Assembly (NCBI GenBank): GCA_016217735.1
Contig: JACRGQ010000065.1
Coordinates: 1,077 to 65,076, forward strand
Source of the DNA: Nitrospinota bacterium
GTDB taxonomy: Bacteria > Nitrospinota_A > UBA7883 > JACRGQ01
Direction of reading: 5' to 3'
DNA: 64,000 bases
Every line of letters starts with the position of its first letter. The stretch's first letter is position 1. Both the position numbers and the translations under genes were made by a program. The notes under the pieces are model-generated. The model worked only from the letters and a program-made list of their open reading frames with translations. It made no database searches and was not told where the DNA came from. Shown here piece after piece: positions 28,409 through 36,467 of this stretch.

Positions 28409-29671
28409 TTATCCCTTATCCTTTTGCCGGATGGAGAGGATTTCGCGCAGGAAAAAAAGGGCTTCGTTGGCGGCCCGTTCCCGTATTGTTTCGCGCGATC
28501 CGGCCAAATTCAGGCGGCGCACCTTCACCCAGCCCTTGGCGGCTATCGCCACATAGACGAGGCCTATCGGTTTTTCTTTCGTGCCGCCGTCCGGCCCGGC
28601 GACGCCGGTGACGGCAAGGACGTAATCGGCCCCCAGCCGGTTGCGTACCCCTTCGGCCATCGCCTCGGCGCATTCGGAACTCACCGCGCCATGTTCTTTG
28701 ATGATTGCGGCGGGAACGCCGAGCATTTTTTCCTTCACCCGATTTGCGTAGCTGATAATCCCGCCAATGAAATAATCGCTGCTGCCGGGAGTGGCGGTGA
28801 TTTTTTTTCCGATGCCGCCGCCGGTGCAGCTCTCCGCCACGGCGAGCGTTTTTTTCCATTTGCGCAGAAGTTTTCCAACGGCGCTTTCGATGGTCTCGCC
28901 GTCCATGCCCCATACGTTGCCCTTGATGGCGGGGTAGATCAGTGCCACGGCCTCTTTCAGCAGGGCTTGCGCGTTGGCGGGGGTATTGCCCCGCGCCAGC
29001 AGGCGGATATCCACCCCGCCGTTGCCCGGCAAAAAGGCGATGTCGGCCACTTTCCGGGCTTCTTTCAATTCTTTCATTTGCGCCATCAGTCCCACTTCCC
29101 CCACGCCCGCCGTATGGAAGGTTTTTTCGGCGATGTGCGCACCGCCGTGGGGGATGAATTTTGCCGCTTCGTGTTCCAGCATGTAAAGCGTTTCGTGCGG
29201 AACGCCCGGCAGGGCCAGCACCCTTTTTTGAAAGAACAGGCCGGGGGCCGCCCCCATCATGTTGCGCACCGCGACGGCGGCGGCGGGGATGTCGGCATAG
29301 TCCCGGTTGATTTTGGGCATCGGCTTTCCCATGCGCGTGAAAAACGATTGCACCTGGCGCAGCACGGCGGGGTTGAATTTCACGCCGCACTTGAAGAGGC
29401 GGCGGAGCGCTTCCTTGGTGAGGTCGTCGTGCGTGGGGCCGAGGCCGCCGGTCACCACCACGATGTCGGCGCGGCGCATGGCGGCGCGGACGGATGCGAT
29501 GATGGCGGGGAGGGCGTCCCCCGCGGATGATTTACCGGCGATGCGGTAGCCGCGCCGGAGGAGGAAGCGGGCGATGGCGGCGGCGTTGGTATCCACCACG
29601 AGGCCGGTCATGAGTTCGTCGCCAACCGTCACGATGGCGGCGGTTTTGATGTTGCGGGGAGCCTGTTTCAT
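28409..29671 (-). CDS. cinA: CinA-family protein (MoCF-binding domain + NMN amidohydrolase PncC domain)
   Basis: AAIVTVGDELMTGLVVDTNA, VVVTGGLGPTHDDLTKEAL, C-terminal AESCTGGGIGKKIT. Confidence 0.88.
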   Translation of the reverse strand: MKQAPRNIKTAAIVTVGDELMTGLVVDTNAAAIARFLLRRGYRIAGKSSAGDALPAIIASVRAAMRRADIVVVTGGLGPTHDDLTKEALRRLFKCGVKFNPAVLRQVQSFFTRMGKPMPKINRDYADIPAAAVAVRNMMGAAPGLFFQKRVLALPGVPHETLYMLEHEAAKFIPHGGAHIAEKTFHTAGVGEVGLMAQMKELKEARKVADIAFLPGNGGVDIRLLARGNTPANAQALLKEAVALIYPAIKGNVWGMDGETIESAVGKLLRKWKKTLAVAESCTGGGIGKKITATPGSSDYFIGGIISYANRVKEKMLGVPAAIIKEHGAVSSECAEAMAEGVRNRLGADYVLAVTGVAGPDGGTKEKPIGLVYVAIAAKGWVKVRRLNLAGSRETIRERAANEALFFLREILSIRQKDKG

Positions 29672-29696
29672 CGGCCGGGAACGCGGGGGCGGGAGC

Positions 29697-30545
29697 TCAG
29701 CGCTCCTGAACGTACGAAATCCGGTCGCCCGCCTTCACTTCCGATTTGGAATTGATGACCACGGCGGTGGCTGTTTCTTCCTTTACCAGGATCACCATCA
29801 CCCGTCCGATGTCTTTCAGGATGCCGTGGGTTTCTTCGGCGTTGTCGGCGCGGGACTCGAGTATCTGGAACAGGTCGGATTCCTTGACCCCCTGCTTGCG
29901 CCCCACGTTGAGGTAGACAACGTCGTTTTCGCTGATGCCCCCCTTGCCGTAACGCACGTGCATGATTTTTCCGTCGATGGTTTTTTCCTCCAGCGGGCGG
30001 TCGGGATCCATCTTGGGGGGCAGCACTTCGTAACGCGGCACCAGCGCGTCGCCGGCGAAAATCATGTTAAACGCCTTGTCCACCCGGGCCAAGGCCGTTC
30101 CTTCCTTCACCTCTTTTATGGAGATGAGGCCGGTCATGACCACGAGGTAGCCGGCGTCATCGCCGGTATCGGGATCCACCACCGTTTCGGAACGGTGATA
30201 GACATAGAACTGATCGCCTTTCTTCACGGCGGCCTTGCTCCCCTTGTTGATGTAAATATTGTCGCCGGGGGAGGCGGTCCGTTTGCCGGTCTGCTGGAAA
30301 TCGATGACCGCGCCGAAGGGATGATCGTAGGCCGTGAGGTAGCCGGAAGTAAGCAGCATATCCGTGGTGACGACGGGGCGTTCTTTTTCATAGAAAAGGC
30401 CGCGCGGTATGTCGCGTTTCTGCACTTCCCCCGCGAGCGGCGGTTGTGTTTTTACGGGTTCGATCTCGGCGCCGGCGGTTTCCGCGCGGGCGGCGCCGGC
30501 CAGTATGGCGGTTAACGCCAGCGAGATTAACAGGTTGTGACGCAT
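29697..30545 (-). CDS. Hypothetical secreted protein
   Basis: Start at MRHNLL gives signal peptide ISLALTAILAGAARA/ET. Repeated beta-rich segments, no catalytic motif. Confidence 0.5.
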   Translation of the reverse strand: MRHNLLISLALTAILAGAARAETAGAEIEPVKTQPPLAGEVQKRDIPRGLFYEKERPVVTTDMLLTSGYLTAYDHPFGAVIDFQQTGKRTASPGDNIYINKGSKAAVKKGDQFYVYHRSETVVDPDTGDDAGYLVVMTGLISIKEVKEGTALARVDKAFNMIFAGDALVPRYEVLPPKMDPDRPLEEKTIDGKIMHVRYGKGGISENDVVYLNVGRKQGVKESDLFQILESRADNAEETHGILKDIGRVMVILVKEETATAVVINSKSEVKAGDRISYVQER

Positions 30546-30623
30546 GGAACAATTATACACCGCATGATGGGGGATTTTGCAAACCGTTTTCCGGCGGCGG
30601 CGGATTGGGGTATAATCGGTTCG

Positions 30624-31280
30624 ATGCGGAAAATCAGGGTATTCGAACTGGCCAAGGCCAAAGACCTTTCCATTAACCAAACCGTGGAACTGCTGGCCCG
30701 GAAAGGGGTCGCCAATGCCACCGCCATTACCTTTGTGGATGCCGACGCGTTGGGCGATCTGCCGGATGCCCCCGCGCGGGAAAGCGCGGCCAGTCCCGCT
30801 CCGCCGGAGGCCGCGGCGGCGGCGGAAGAGGCGCGCAACGCATCGGCGGCGCTGGCCCAGCGCCTGCTGCGGCGGGAGCAGGGACTCGATCCGGCCGCCG
30901 GCCGCCGCGATGGAAGCGGGGGGAACATGACCGCGCTGCTGGCGGTGGTGTTGAGCATCGTCACGCTGACGCTGACCGCGTTTGTTTTTATGAATGAACG
31001 CGACGACCGGGCCGAACTGCGGCAGACCGTGGCCGATGTCGCCGCCATCAAGGCCTCTTCGGCTAAAGTGGAGGAAATCGTCGTTAACAACCGGGCGCAG
31101 ATCATGGAAATGCGCGACCAGATATCCGGCATGGAAAAGCGGATATACGAATTCAAGCGGAGCTCGCTGCTGGCCCAGATCAAAAGCCAGGGGGTGGTGT
31201 TGCGGGCCTTATCGGAGAATCTGAAGGAGCCGCTGAAAGGGAAAGCTTTGTCGCTGTCCACCAACCTTTCCCAATTTTGA
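30624..31280 (+). CDS. Membrane-anchored coiled-coil protein with an IF-2 N-terminal-like helix-turn domain
   Basis: MRKIRVFELAKAKDLSINQTVELLARKGV resembles the IF2_N motif. Also an Ala/Pro linker, one TM (ALLAVVLSIVTLTLTAFVF) and a heptad-rich C-terminus. Confidence 0.5.
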   Translation: MRKIRVFELAKAKDLSINQTVELLARKGVANATAITFVDADALGDLPDAPARESAASPAPPEAAAAAEEARNASAALAQRLLRREQGLDPAAGRRDGSGGNMTALLAVVLSIVTLTLTAFVFMNERDDRAELRQTVADVAAIKASSAKVEEIVVNNRAQIMEMRDQISGMEKRIYEFKRSSLLAQIKSQGVVLRALSENLKEPLKGKALSLSTNLSQF

Positions 31281-31296
31281 TCCCCCGGTGGCGGTT

Positions 31297-31397
31297 GTCA
31301 TCCTGAGCACAGCGAAGGATCTCTTTCCCTTTCTTTCCCCGGAAAGGGGTTCTTCGCCTGCGGCTCAGAATGACAAAACTTCGCTCCTCAGAATGAC
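31297..31397 (+). repeat. GTCATYCTGAG-family composite element (three arms, ~101 nt)
   Basis: GTCATCCTGAGC...GCTCAGAATGAC-AAAACTTCGCTC-CTCAGAATGAC. About 90% identical by eye to the reverse complement of 41293-41394. Confidence 0.8.
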
Positions 31398-31532
31398 AAC
31401 ATGCGCGATCATTTTCAAAAGATCGCCGGTTTCAGATTATGCACGGCACCGCCGTGAACAATCCGGGCAAAAGCTGTTACAATACCGTTTCTTTTAAAAC
31501 GTAGTTTCGAACCGTTCAACTAGAGGATTGTC

Positions 31533-32612
31533 ATGGGATTCAATTGCGGAATTATCGGGCTGCCCAACGTGGGGAAGTCGACCTTGTTTAACGCCATCAC
31601 TTCGGCCGGCGCGGCCGCCAGCAACTTCGCCTTCTGCACCGTCGATCCCAACGTGGGGCGCGTCGACGTGCCCGACGGGCGGATAGAAAAGCTGAGTGAA
31701 TTCGTCAAGCCGGAGCGGGTGGTTTACACGCAGATGGAGTTCGTCGATATCGCCGGCCTCGTGGAGGGAGCCAGCAAGGGGGAAGGGCTGGGGAACCGCT
31801 TCCTGAGCCACATCCGCAACGTGGACGCCATCGCCCATGTGGTGCGCTGTTTCTCATCGGCGGACATCATGCATGTGATCGGCGCGGTGGACCCGATACG
31901 CGACATCGAGGTGATCGAAAGCGAACTGATGCTGGCCGACCTGGAGGGGGTGGAGAAGAAAATCCTCTCCCTGCGCAAGACCGCCAAGGCGGGGAAGAAA
32001 GAAGACGCCGAACTGCTGGCGAAGCTGGAGCCGATAGCCGATGGCCTGCAACGGGGGATCATGGCGTCGGAGACCGGCGGATTCGCGGTGCAAACCGAGA
32101 TGCCGCTGCTCACCGCCAAGCCGCTCATGTTCGTGGCGAATATCGGCGACCCGTCCGAAGAGGACGGCCCGCTGGTGCAAAAGGTGCGCGAATACGCGCA
32201 CAAGCGCGGGGCCGGATTCCTCACCATCTGCGCGCAGGTGGAGGCGGAGATAGCCGAACTTGCCCCGGCCGAGCGCGCCGCCTACCGCGCCGAACTGGGG
32301 CTGAAATCCAGCAGCCTCGATAACATGATCCGCGAAGGGTACAAGCTGCTCAACCTCATCACCTATTTCACCGCCGGGGTGAAAGAGGTGCGCGCCTGGA
32401 CGGTGCATCAGGGGGCGAAGGCCCCGGAGGCCGCCGGGGTGATACACACCGATTTCATCAAGCACTTCATCCGCGCCGAAGTGATCGCGTACGACGATTA
32501 CGTGGCCTGCGGCGGCGAGGCGGGGGCGAAGGAAAAAGGGAAGATGCGCGTGGAAGGAAAAGAATACGTGGTGCATGACGGCGACGTGATCTACTTCCGC
32601 GTCAGCGCCTGA
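31533..32612 (+). CDS. ychF: Redox-regulated ribosome-binding ATPase YchF
   Basis: GIIGLPNVGKSTLFNAIT G1 motif, DIAGLV, C-terminal TGS-like region, 359 aa. Confidence 0.95.
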   Translation: MGFNCGIIGLPNVGKSTLFNAITSAGAAASNFAFCTVDPNVGRVDVPDGRIEKLSEFVKPERVVYTQMEFVDIAGLVEGASKGEGLGNRFLSHIRNVDAIAHVVRCFSSADIMHVIGAVDPIRDIEVIESELMLADLEGVEKKILSLRKTAKAGKKEDAELLAKLEPIADGLQRGIMASETGGFAVQTEMPLLTAKPLMFVANIGDPSEEDGPLVQKVREYAHKRGAGFLTICAQVEAEIAELAPAERAAYRAELGLKSSSLDNMIREGYKLLNLITYFTAGVKEVRAWTVHQGAKAPEAAGVIHTDFIKHFIRAEVIAYDDYVACGGEAGAKEKGKMRVEGKEYVVHDGDVIYFRVSA

Positions 32613-32690
32613 CGCCGAATACCCGCACAATCAGCGGCAGGTGCGAATTCATTCGCACATTGGCGCGGACGCGCCAACCCGCTTGTGCTC

Positions 32691-32756
32691 CGCGCAAGTG
32701 TACAGGCTAAAGTTCGTACCCGCCTGAAGAAACATTTTCAAAGCTCTTTTTATCCC
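32691..32756. repeat. Copy of a mosaic-repeat module (CGCGCAAGTGTACAG..CGTACCC.CCT.AAGAAACATTTTC) also present at ~59527-59585
   Basis: By-eye alignment of 32691-32745 with 59527-59580. Preceded by two short GC hairpins (GTGCGAAT/ATTCGCAC and GGCGCG/CGCGCC). Confidence 0.55.
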
Positions 32757-32836
32757 TGCTTAACGGCGGCAATCGCCGTGCGGGTTTCCGTCTGATATAA
32801 TGGCATCCTGTAATGCGGTAAAATTGGAGGCCGATA

Positions 32837-33127
32837 ATGGGAAGAGACGATATTTTAGCCGTTTTGCGCGATTTTAAAAATAATTTCGCCGGGAAATACG
32901 GCATTGTCGAGCTTGGCGTTTTCGGCTCGGTGGCCCGCGATGAAGCCAGGGATGACAGCGATCTGGACATCTGTATAAAAACAAAAACCCCCGATGCCTA
33001 TGCGATGGTGCATATCAAAGAGGAAATTGAAAAGCGGGTGCATAAACATGTCGATATTGTCCGGGTCAGGGAGAAAATGAACCCCTATCTCAAAGAGCGG
33101 ATAGAAAAAGAAGGGGTTTATGTTTGA
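32837..33127 (+). CDS. MntA-type nucleotidyltransferase (type VII antitoxin-like)
   Basis: GVFGSVARDEARDDSDLDICI (GS...DxD NTase motif). 96 aa. GGAGG SD 7 nt upstream. Confidence 0.85.
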   Translation: MGRDDILAVLRDFKNNFAGKYGIVELGVFGSVARDEARDDSDLDICIKTKTPDAYAMVHIKEEIEKRVHKHVDIVRVREKMNPYLKERIEKEGVYV

Positions 33128-33248
33128 CAGGGGCCTGATCCTGGCCATTCTCATGCAGATAAACGAGGCTCTGGAGAAAATTCAAGCCCGCACCGTTCAT
33201 GTAAATGCCGCAAGCGATTTTACCGAAAAAGCTTTAAAAATAAAATAA
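33120..33248 (+). pseudogene. Truncated HepT/DUF86-like toxin remnant (42 codons)
   Basis: Start overlaps the NTase stop (ATGTTTGA). MFDRGLILAILMQINEALEKIQARTVHVNAASDF resembles a DUF86 N-terminus, but the frame stops before any RxxxxHxY region. Confidence 0.4.
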
Positions 33249-33358
33249 TTGTTTTTGAGGGAAGACGAGAACGGGGCCGGGTCTTGATTTAAAGTATTTG
33301 GCGGCCCCTTCCAAAATATCCCTGAAACAAAGACGTTGGTATCGATAACCGCTTTCAT
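33197..33358 (-). pseudogene. Truncated PIN-domain toxin remnant
   Basis: ATGA overlap with the upstream 67-aa gene. MKAVIDTNVFVSGIFWKGPP is a canonical PIN N-terminus. After ~20 residues the sequence is unrelated and stops at codon 54. Confidence 0.5.
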
Positions 33359-33558
33359 TTCGCGGAGCGGCGTGACTTTCTTATGGCGGCTTTAATGGCT
33401 GATTCTTTCAACCCGGCCTTTTTGGCGCGGGAAGCCGCTTCCTGAATCAGCGCATCGAACCGACCTAAAGAGGGTTGTGTGATGGTTTTATAGTAGCTGC
33501 GCACGACGCCTTGCTTGTCGAACGTGACTTGCAGTATCTTCACTTTCGCGCCCGCCAT
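33355..33558 (-). CDS. Putative antitoxin of the degraded PIN module (67 aa)
   Basis: Small basic-tailed protein translationally coupled to the PIN remnant. Family not recognised. Confidence 0.45.
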   Translation of the reverse strand: MAGAKVKILQVTFDKQGVVRSYYKTITQPSLGRFDALIQEAASRAKKAGLKESAIKAAIRKSRRSAK

Positions 33559-33655
33559 GTCGGGCAGTTTCCCCTAAAAAGGATTAACGCCCCCGGTGGC
33601 CTGTCCGCCAATGCGATGGCAAACTCAAACCGCCGGGGGCATTAATTCCGGCCGG

Positions 33656-34306
33656 CTATTCCGCCAAGGTGAACTGCGCCCTGCGGTTTAATCTCCATGC
33701 TTCGCGGTTATGGCCGGGATCCACCGGACGCTCTTCGCCGTAGCTGATGGTGCCAAGTTGTTTTTCATCAACCCCCAGGGAGACCCAATACTTCTTGACC
33801 GCGTTGGCGCGGCGGTCACCGAGCGCTATGTTGTATTCCACCGATCCACGTTCGTCGCAGTGGCCTTCAATGACGATCCGTGCGCCGCTGCTTTTCAAAA
33901 TTTCGGCCTCCTTGGTAAGCCCATCCCGGTATTCGGGAAGGATGTCGTATTTATCGAAATTGAAGTGGACGATCTCGAACGTTGAAAGGTCGATTCCCTT
34001 ATGCGTCTCGACAGGCAATGGTTCGGGCGTTTTTGCGGCAGGGGCGGCGGGAGCCGGCATGGCTTCCTCGGCGGCACTGGTCTTAGCTGTCTCTTCGGCC
34101 GAAATGACCGGAGCGGGGGGAGGGGCTTTTTCTTCCGGGGCGGCCGCTGGGGGCGGGGGGGCCTCCTTAGGAGCCTCTTGGGATTTTTGCTCCACGCTCT
34201 TGGCCGGTTCCGGGCCTTCAGCGGTTTTCGCTTTGCTGGCACAGGCCGACACCAACGCCACCATGCCAATCGCCAACAAAATTGTAATAAACCGGGATTT
34301 TTTCAT
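33656..34306 (-). CDS. pal: Peptidoglycan-associated lipoprotein (OmpA-domain)
   Basis: Lipobox ALVSAC, Pro/Ala-rich linker, OmpA-C motifs IEGHCDERGSVEYNIALGDRRANAV and NRRAQF. Confidence 0.88.
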   Translation of the reverse strand: MKKSRFITILLAIGMVALVSACASKAKTAEGPEPAKSVEQKSQEAPKEAPPPPAAAPEEKAPPPAPVISAEETAKTSAAEEAMPAPAAPAAKTPEPLPVETHKGIDLSTFEIVHFNFDKYDILPEYRDGLTKEAEILKSSGARIVIEGHCDERGSVEYNIALGDRRANAVKKYWVSLGVDEKQLGTISYGEERPVDPGHNREAWRLNRRAQFTLAE

Positions 34307-34486
34307 GGACGCCTCCTAAAGATGATGTAATACAAATATTATCATATTACTCCCTCTTCCTTATTTTGCGTGCAATATTTTTCGCCGATGGTCAACCTTA
34401 GGTGAGCCTGTACCTATGAACTCCCTAAAAAAGGCACATGGAGATTTCATGCCGATGCTATTAGGCAAGCCCTGCGGTTGCGGGAG

Positions 34487-34527
34487 TTAAAGAAAGCCGC
34501 CGGGATTAAGAAGAACCGCCCGGCGGC
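34487..34527 (-). terminator. Rho-independent terminator after the 23-codon ORF
   Basis: Minus strand: GCCGCCGGG-N14-CCCGGCGGC followed by TTTCTTTAA. Confidence 0.5.
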
Positions 34528-34546
34528 GTCCGGATTTATGTGCCGG

Positions 34547-34618
34547 TTATTTCTTTTTTGTCTTGGAGCTTTTCGGTTTCATCGCGCTCTTGGGTCCGCA
34601 TTTGGATTTGCAGGCCAT
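34547..34618 (-). CDS. Candidate 23-aa Lys/Cys-rich peptide (not in the ORF track)
   Basis: Hand translation: MACKSKCGPKSAMKPKSSKTKKK. Followed by its own terminator hairpin. No strong SD. Confidence 0.25.
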   Translation of the reverse strand: MACKSKCGPKSAMKPKSSKTKKK

Positions 34619-34880
34619 TAGTTAAATCACCGCCTTCCCCTTTTTCGTTTCAGTTTAAACAACAGTGCGCCACACGGGGCAACCTTTGGGTATATTAAAC
34701 CCAATTGCGCCGGATGAAAATGCGGTTTTTACGGATCAAGGCAAAATTGTGGCGGAGTTTTAAATCAGGGAACAAAGAAAGAGATCGATTCGCTTCGCTC
34801 ACGATGACAAGAAGGGGGAAGAGGAAGGTCAAATTCAAGCGCCGGTGTTAGAATCATGAAAATATGAAGGACGAATCAAG

Positions 34881-35960
34881 ATGAAACCTGGCGACTCTCC
34901 GGGCGGCATCGCATCCATCGCCATTTCCCCGGTGATGGCCGCGCTGGGGGCCGCGCTTCTTTTCGGCGGGAGCACCCCTTTCGCCAAGCAGGTGCTGGCC
35001 GATACGCCGCCGGTTCTTATGGCCGGACTGCTCTTCCTTGGCAGCGGCGGCGGCTTGTTGGCGGTAATGCTCATCCGCGACCGGGGGTGGCGCAACTTCC
35101 GCCTGCCGGTGAAACACTGGTTCTGGTATCTCCTCTCCATCGGCTTTGGCGGCGTGCTCGCGCCCGTGCTGCTGATGGAGGGGCTCACGCGCACGGGGGC
35201 CGCGGCGGCTTCGCTGATGCTGAACATCGAGGCGGTGTTCACGGTGCTGCTGGCGTGGTTCGCGTTCAGGGAAAACGCGGGGCGGCGCGTGATGCTGGGC
35301 ATGGCGCTGATTGTGGCGGGAGGGCTTGCCCTCGCGTGGCCATCCGGCGGTATCGGGTGGGAAGGGATGGCCGGAACGCTCGCCATCGCCGCCGCCTGCC
35401 TCTGCTGGGCCATAGACAACAACCTGACCAGAAAAGTTTCCGAAGCCGATGCGCTGTTTGTGGCGTGCGGCAAAGGGTTGGCGGCGGGGACGATTAACAC
35501 CGCGCTGGCCGTGACGGCCGGGGCGGCGATCCCCGGCTTACGCGTGATTGGTTCCGCGATGTTGATCGGCCTTTTCGGCTACGGCATCAGCCTTGCCTTG
35601 TTCGTTGTGGCGTTGCGCGGGCTGGGTACGGCGCGGACGGGAGCGTATTTCGCAACCGCTCCGTTCATCGGCGCGGCCCTGTCGATAGCGGCGTTCGGCG
35701 ATACGGTATCCGGCGGGTTCTGGATCGCGTCGGCGCTCATGGGCGCGGGGGTGTGGCTTCACCTCACCGAGCTGCATGAACACGAGCATTCGCACGCGCC
35801 GCTGGAACACACGCACCGCCACCGGCACGACGGACACCACTCCCATCCGCACGATTTTGCCTGGGACGGCACAGAGCCGCACACGCACCCGCACGCCCAC
35901 GGGGAGATCACCCACGCGCATCCCCATTTCCCGGACATCCATCACCGCCATCCGCATTGA
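34881..35960 (+). CDS. EamA/DMT-family transporter with a ~75-aa histidine-rich C-terminal tail
   Basis: Ten hydrophobic helices in two EamA-like halves. Tail: ELHEHEHSHAPLEHTHRHRHDGHHSHPHDF...HTHPHAHGEITHAHPHFPDIHHRHPH. Confidence 0.8.
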   Translation: MKPGDSPGGIASIAISPVMAALGAALLFGGSTPFAKQVLADTPPVLMAGLLFLGSGGGLLAVMLIRDRGWRNFRLPVKHWFWYLLSIGFGGVLAPVLLMEGLTRTGAAAASLMLNIEAVFTVLLAWFAFRENAGRRVMLGMALIVAGGLALAWPSGGIGWEGMAGTLAIAAACLCWAIDNNLTRKVSEADALFVACGKGLAAGTINTALAVTAGAAIPGLRVIGSAMLIGLFGYGISLALFVVALRGLGTARTGAYFATAPFIGAALSIAAFGDTVSGGFWIASALMGAGVWLHLTELHEHEHSHAPLEHTHRHRHDGHHSHPHDFAWDGTEPHTHPHAHGEITHAHPHFPDIHHRHPH

Positions 35961-35975
35961 AACACCGCCGACGGC

Positions 35976-36004
35976 TTGGATGCGGCGGGAAGCCGCGTTA
36001 TAAT
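35976..36004 (+). promoter_or_regulatory. Sigma70-type promoter (TTGGAT-17-TATAAT) ending 4 nt before the ATG at 36009
   Basis: TTGGAT at 35976-35981, a 17-nt spacer and TATAAT at 35999-36004. No SD before the ATG at 36009/36012, so a leaderless mRNA is possible. Confidence 0.45.
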
Positions 36005-36008
36005 AGAT

Positions 36009-36467
36009 ATGATGAAGTATTTTATTGCCGTTCTCTGCGCCGCGCTGCTCTATGGCGGCGCCGCCGCCGCGCAGGAGGTGCCGGCGGGGACAAATACCAC
36101 GCCCGGCTTCCTGATTTTTCCTTCGTGGTACGAGGTGGTGGAGATCATCAATCAGGGCAAAGCCAAAGAGGCCGCCCCCGCAACCGTTCTCCCGCCCGCC
36201 TCCGCGGCCGCATCCACCCCCGCGCTGCCCCAGGGAAAGCTGCGTCCGTATCTCGGCGTTAACAACATATCGCCGGAGGCCTATCTTATTCCCGGCAACC
36301 TGCTGGATGTAAGCGGCGGGCTTTCCTACTACGTATCCCGCACCGGCAAGGCCGGCAGCGTGGGGATGATTTTCGCCGTGAAAGACCGGGTATCGAACCG
36401 GCTGATGGGCTATTCGTTCGAGCCGGCGAACCTGACGACGTACATCAGTCTCAGCATCAATTATTGA
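36009..36467 (+). CDS. Hypothetical secreted protein
   Basis: MMKYFIAVLCAALLYGGAAAA/QE signal peptide, 152 aa, C-terminal aromatic ...SLSINY. Confidence 0.5.
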   Translation: MMKYFIAVLCAALLYGGAAAAQEVPAGTNTTPGFLIFPSWYEVVEIINQGKAKEAAPATVLPPASAAASTPALPQGKLRPYLGVNNISPEAYLIPGNLLDVSGGLSYYVSRTGKAGSVGMIFAVKDRVSNRLMGYSFEPANLTTYISLSINY

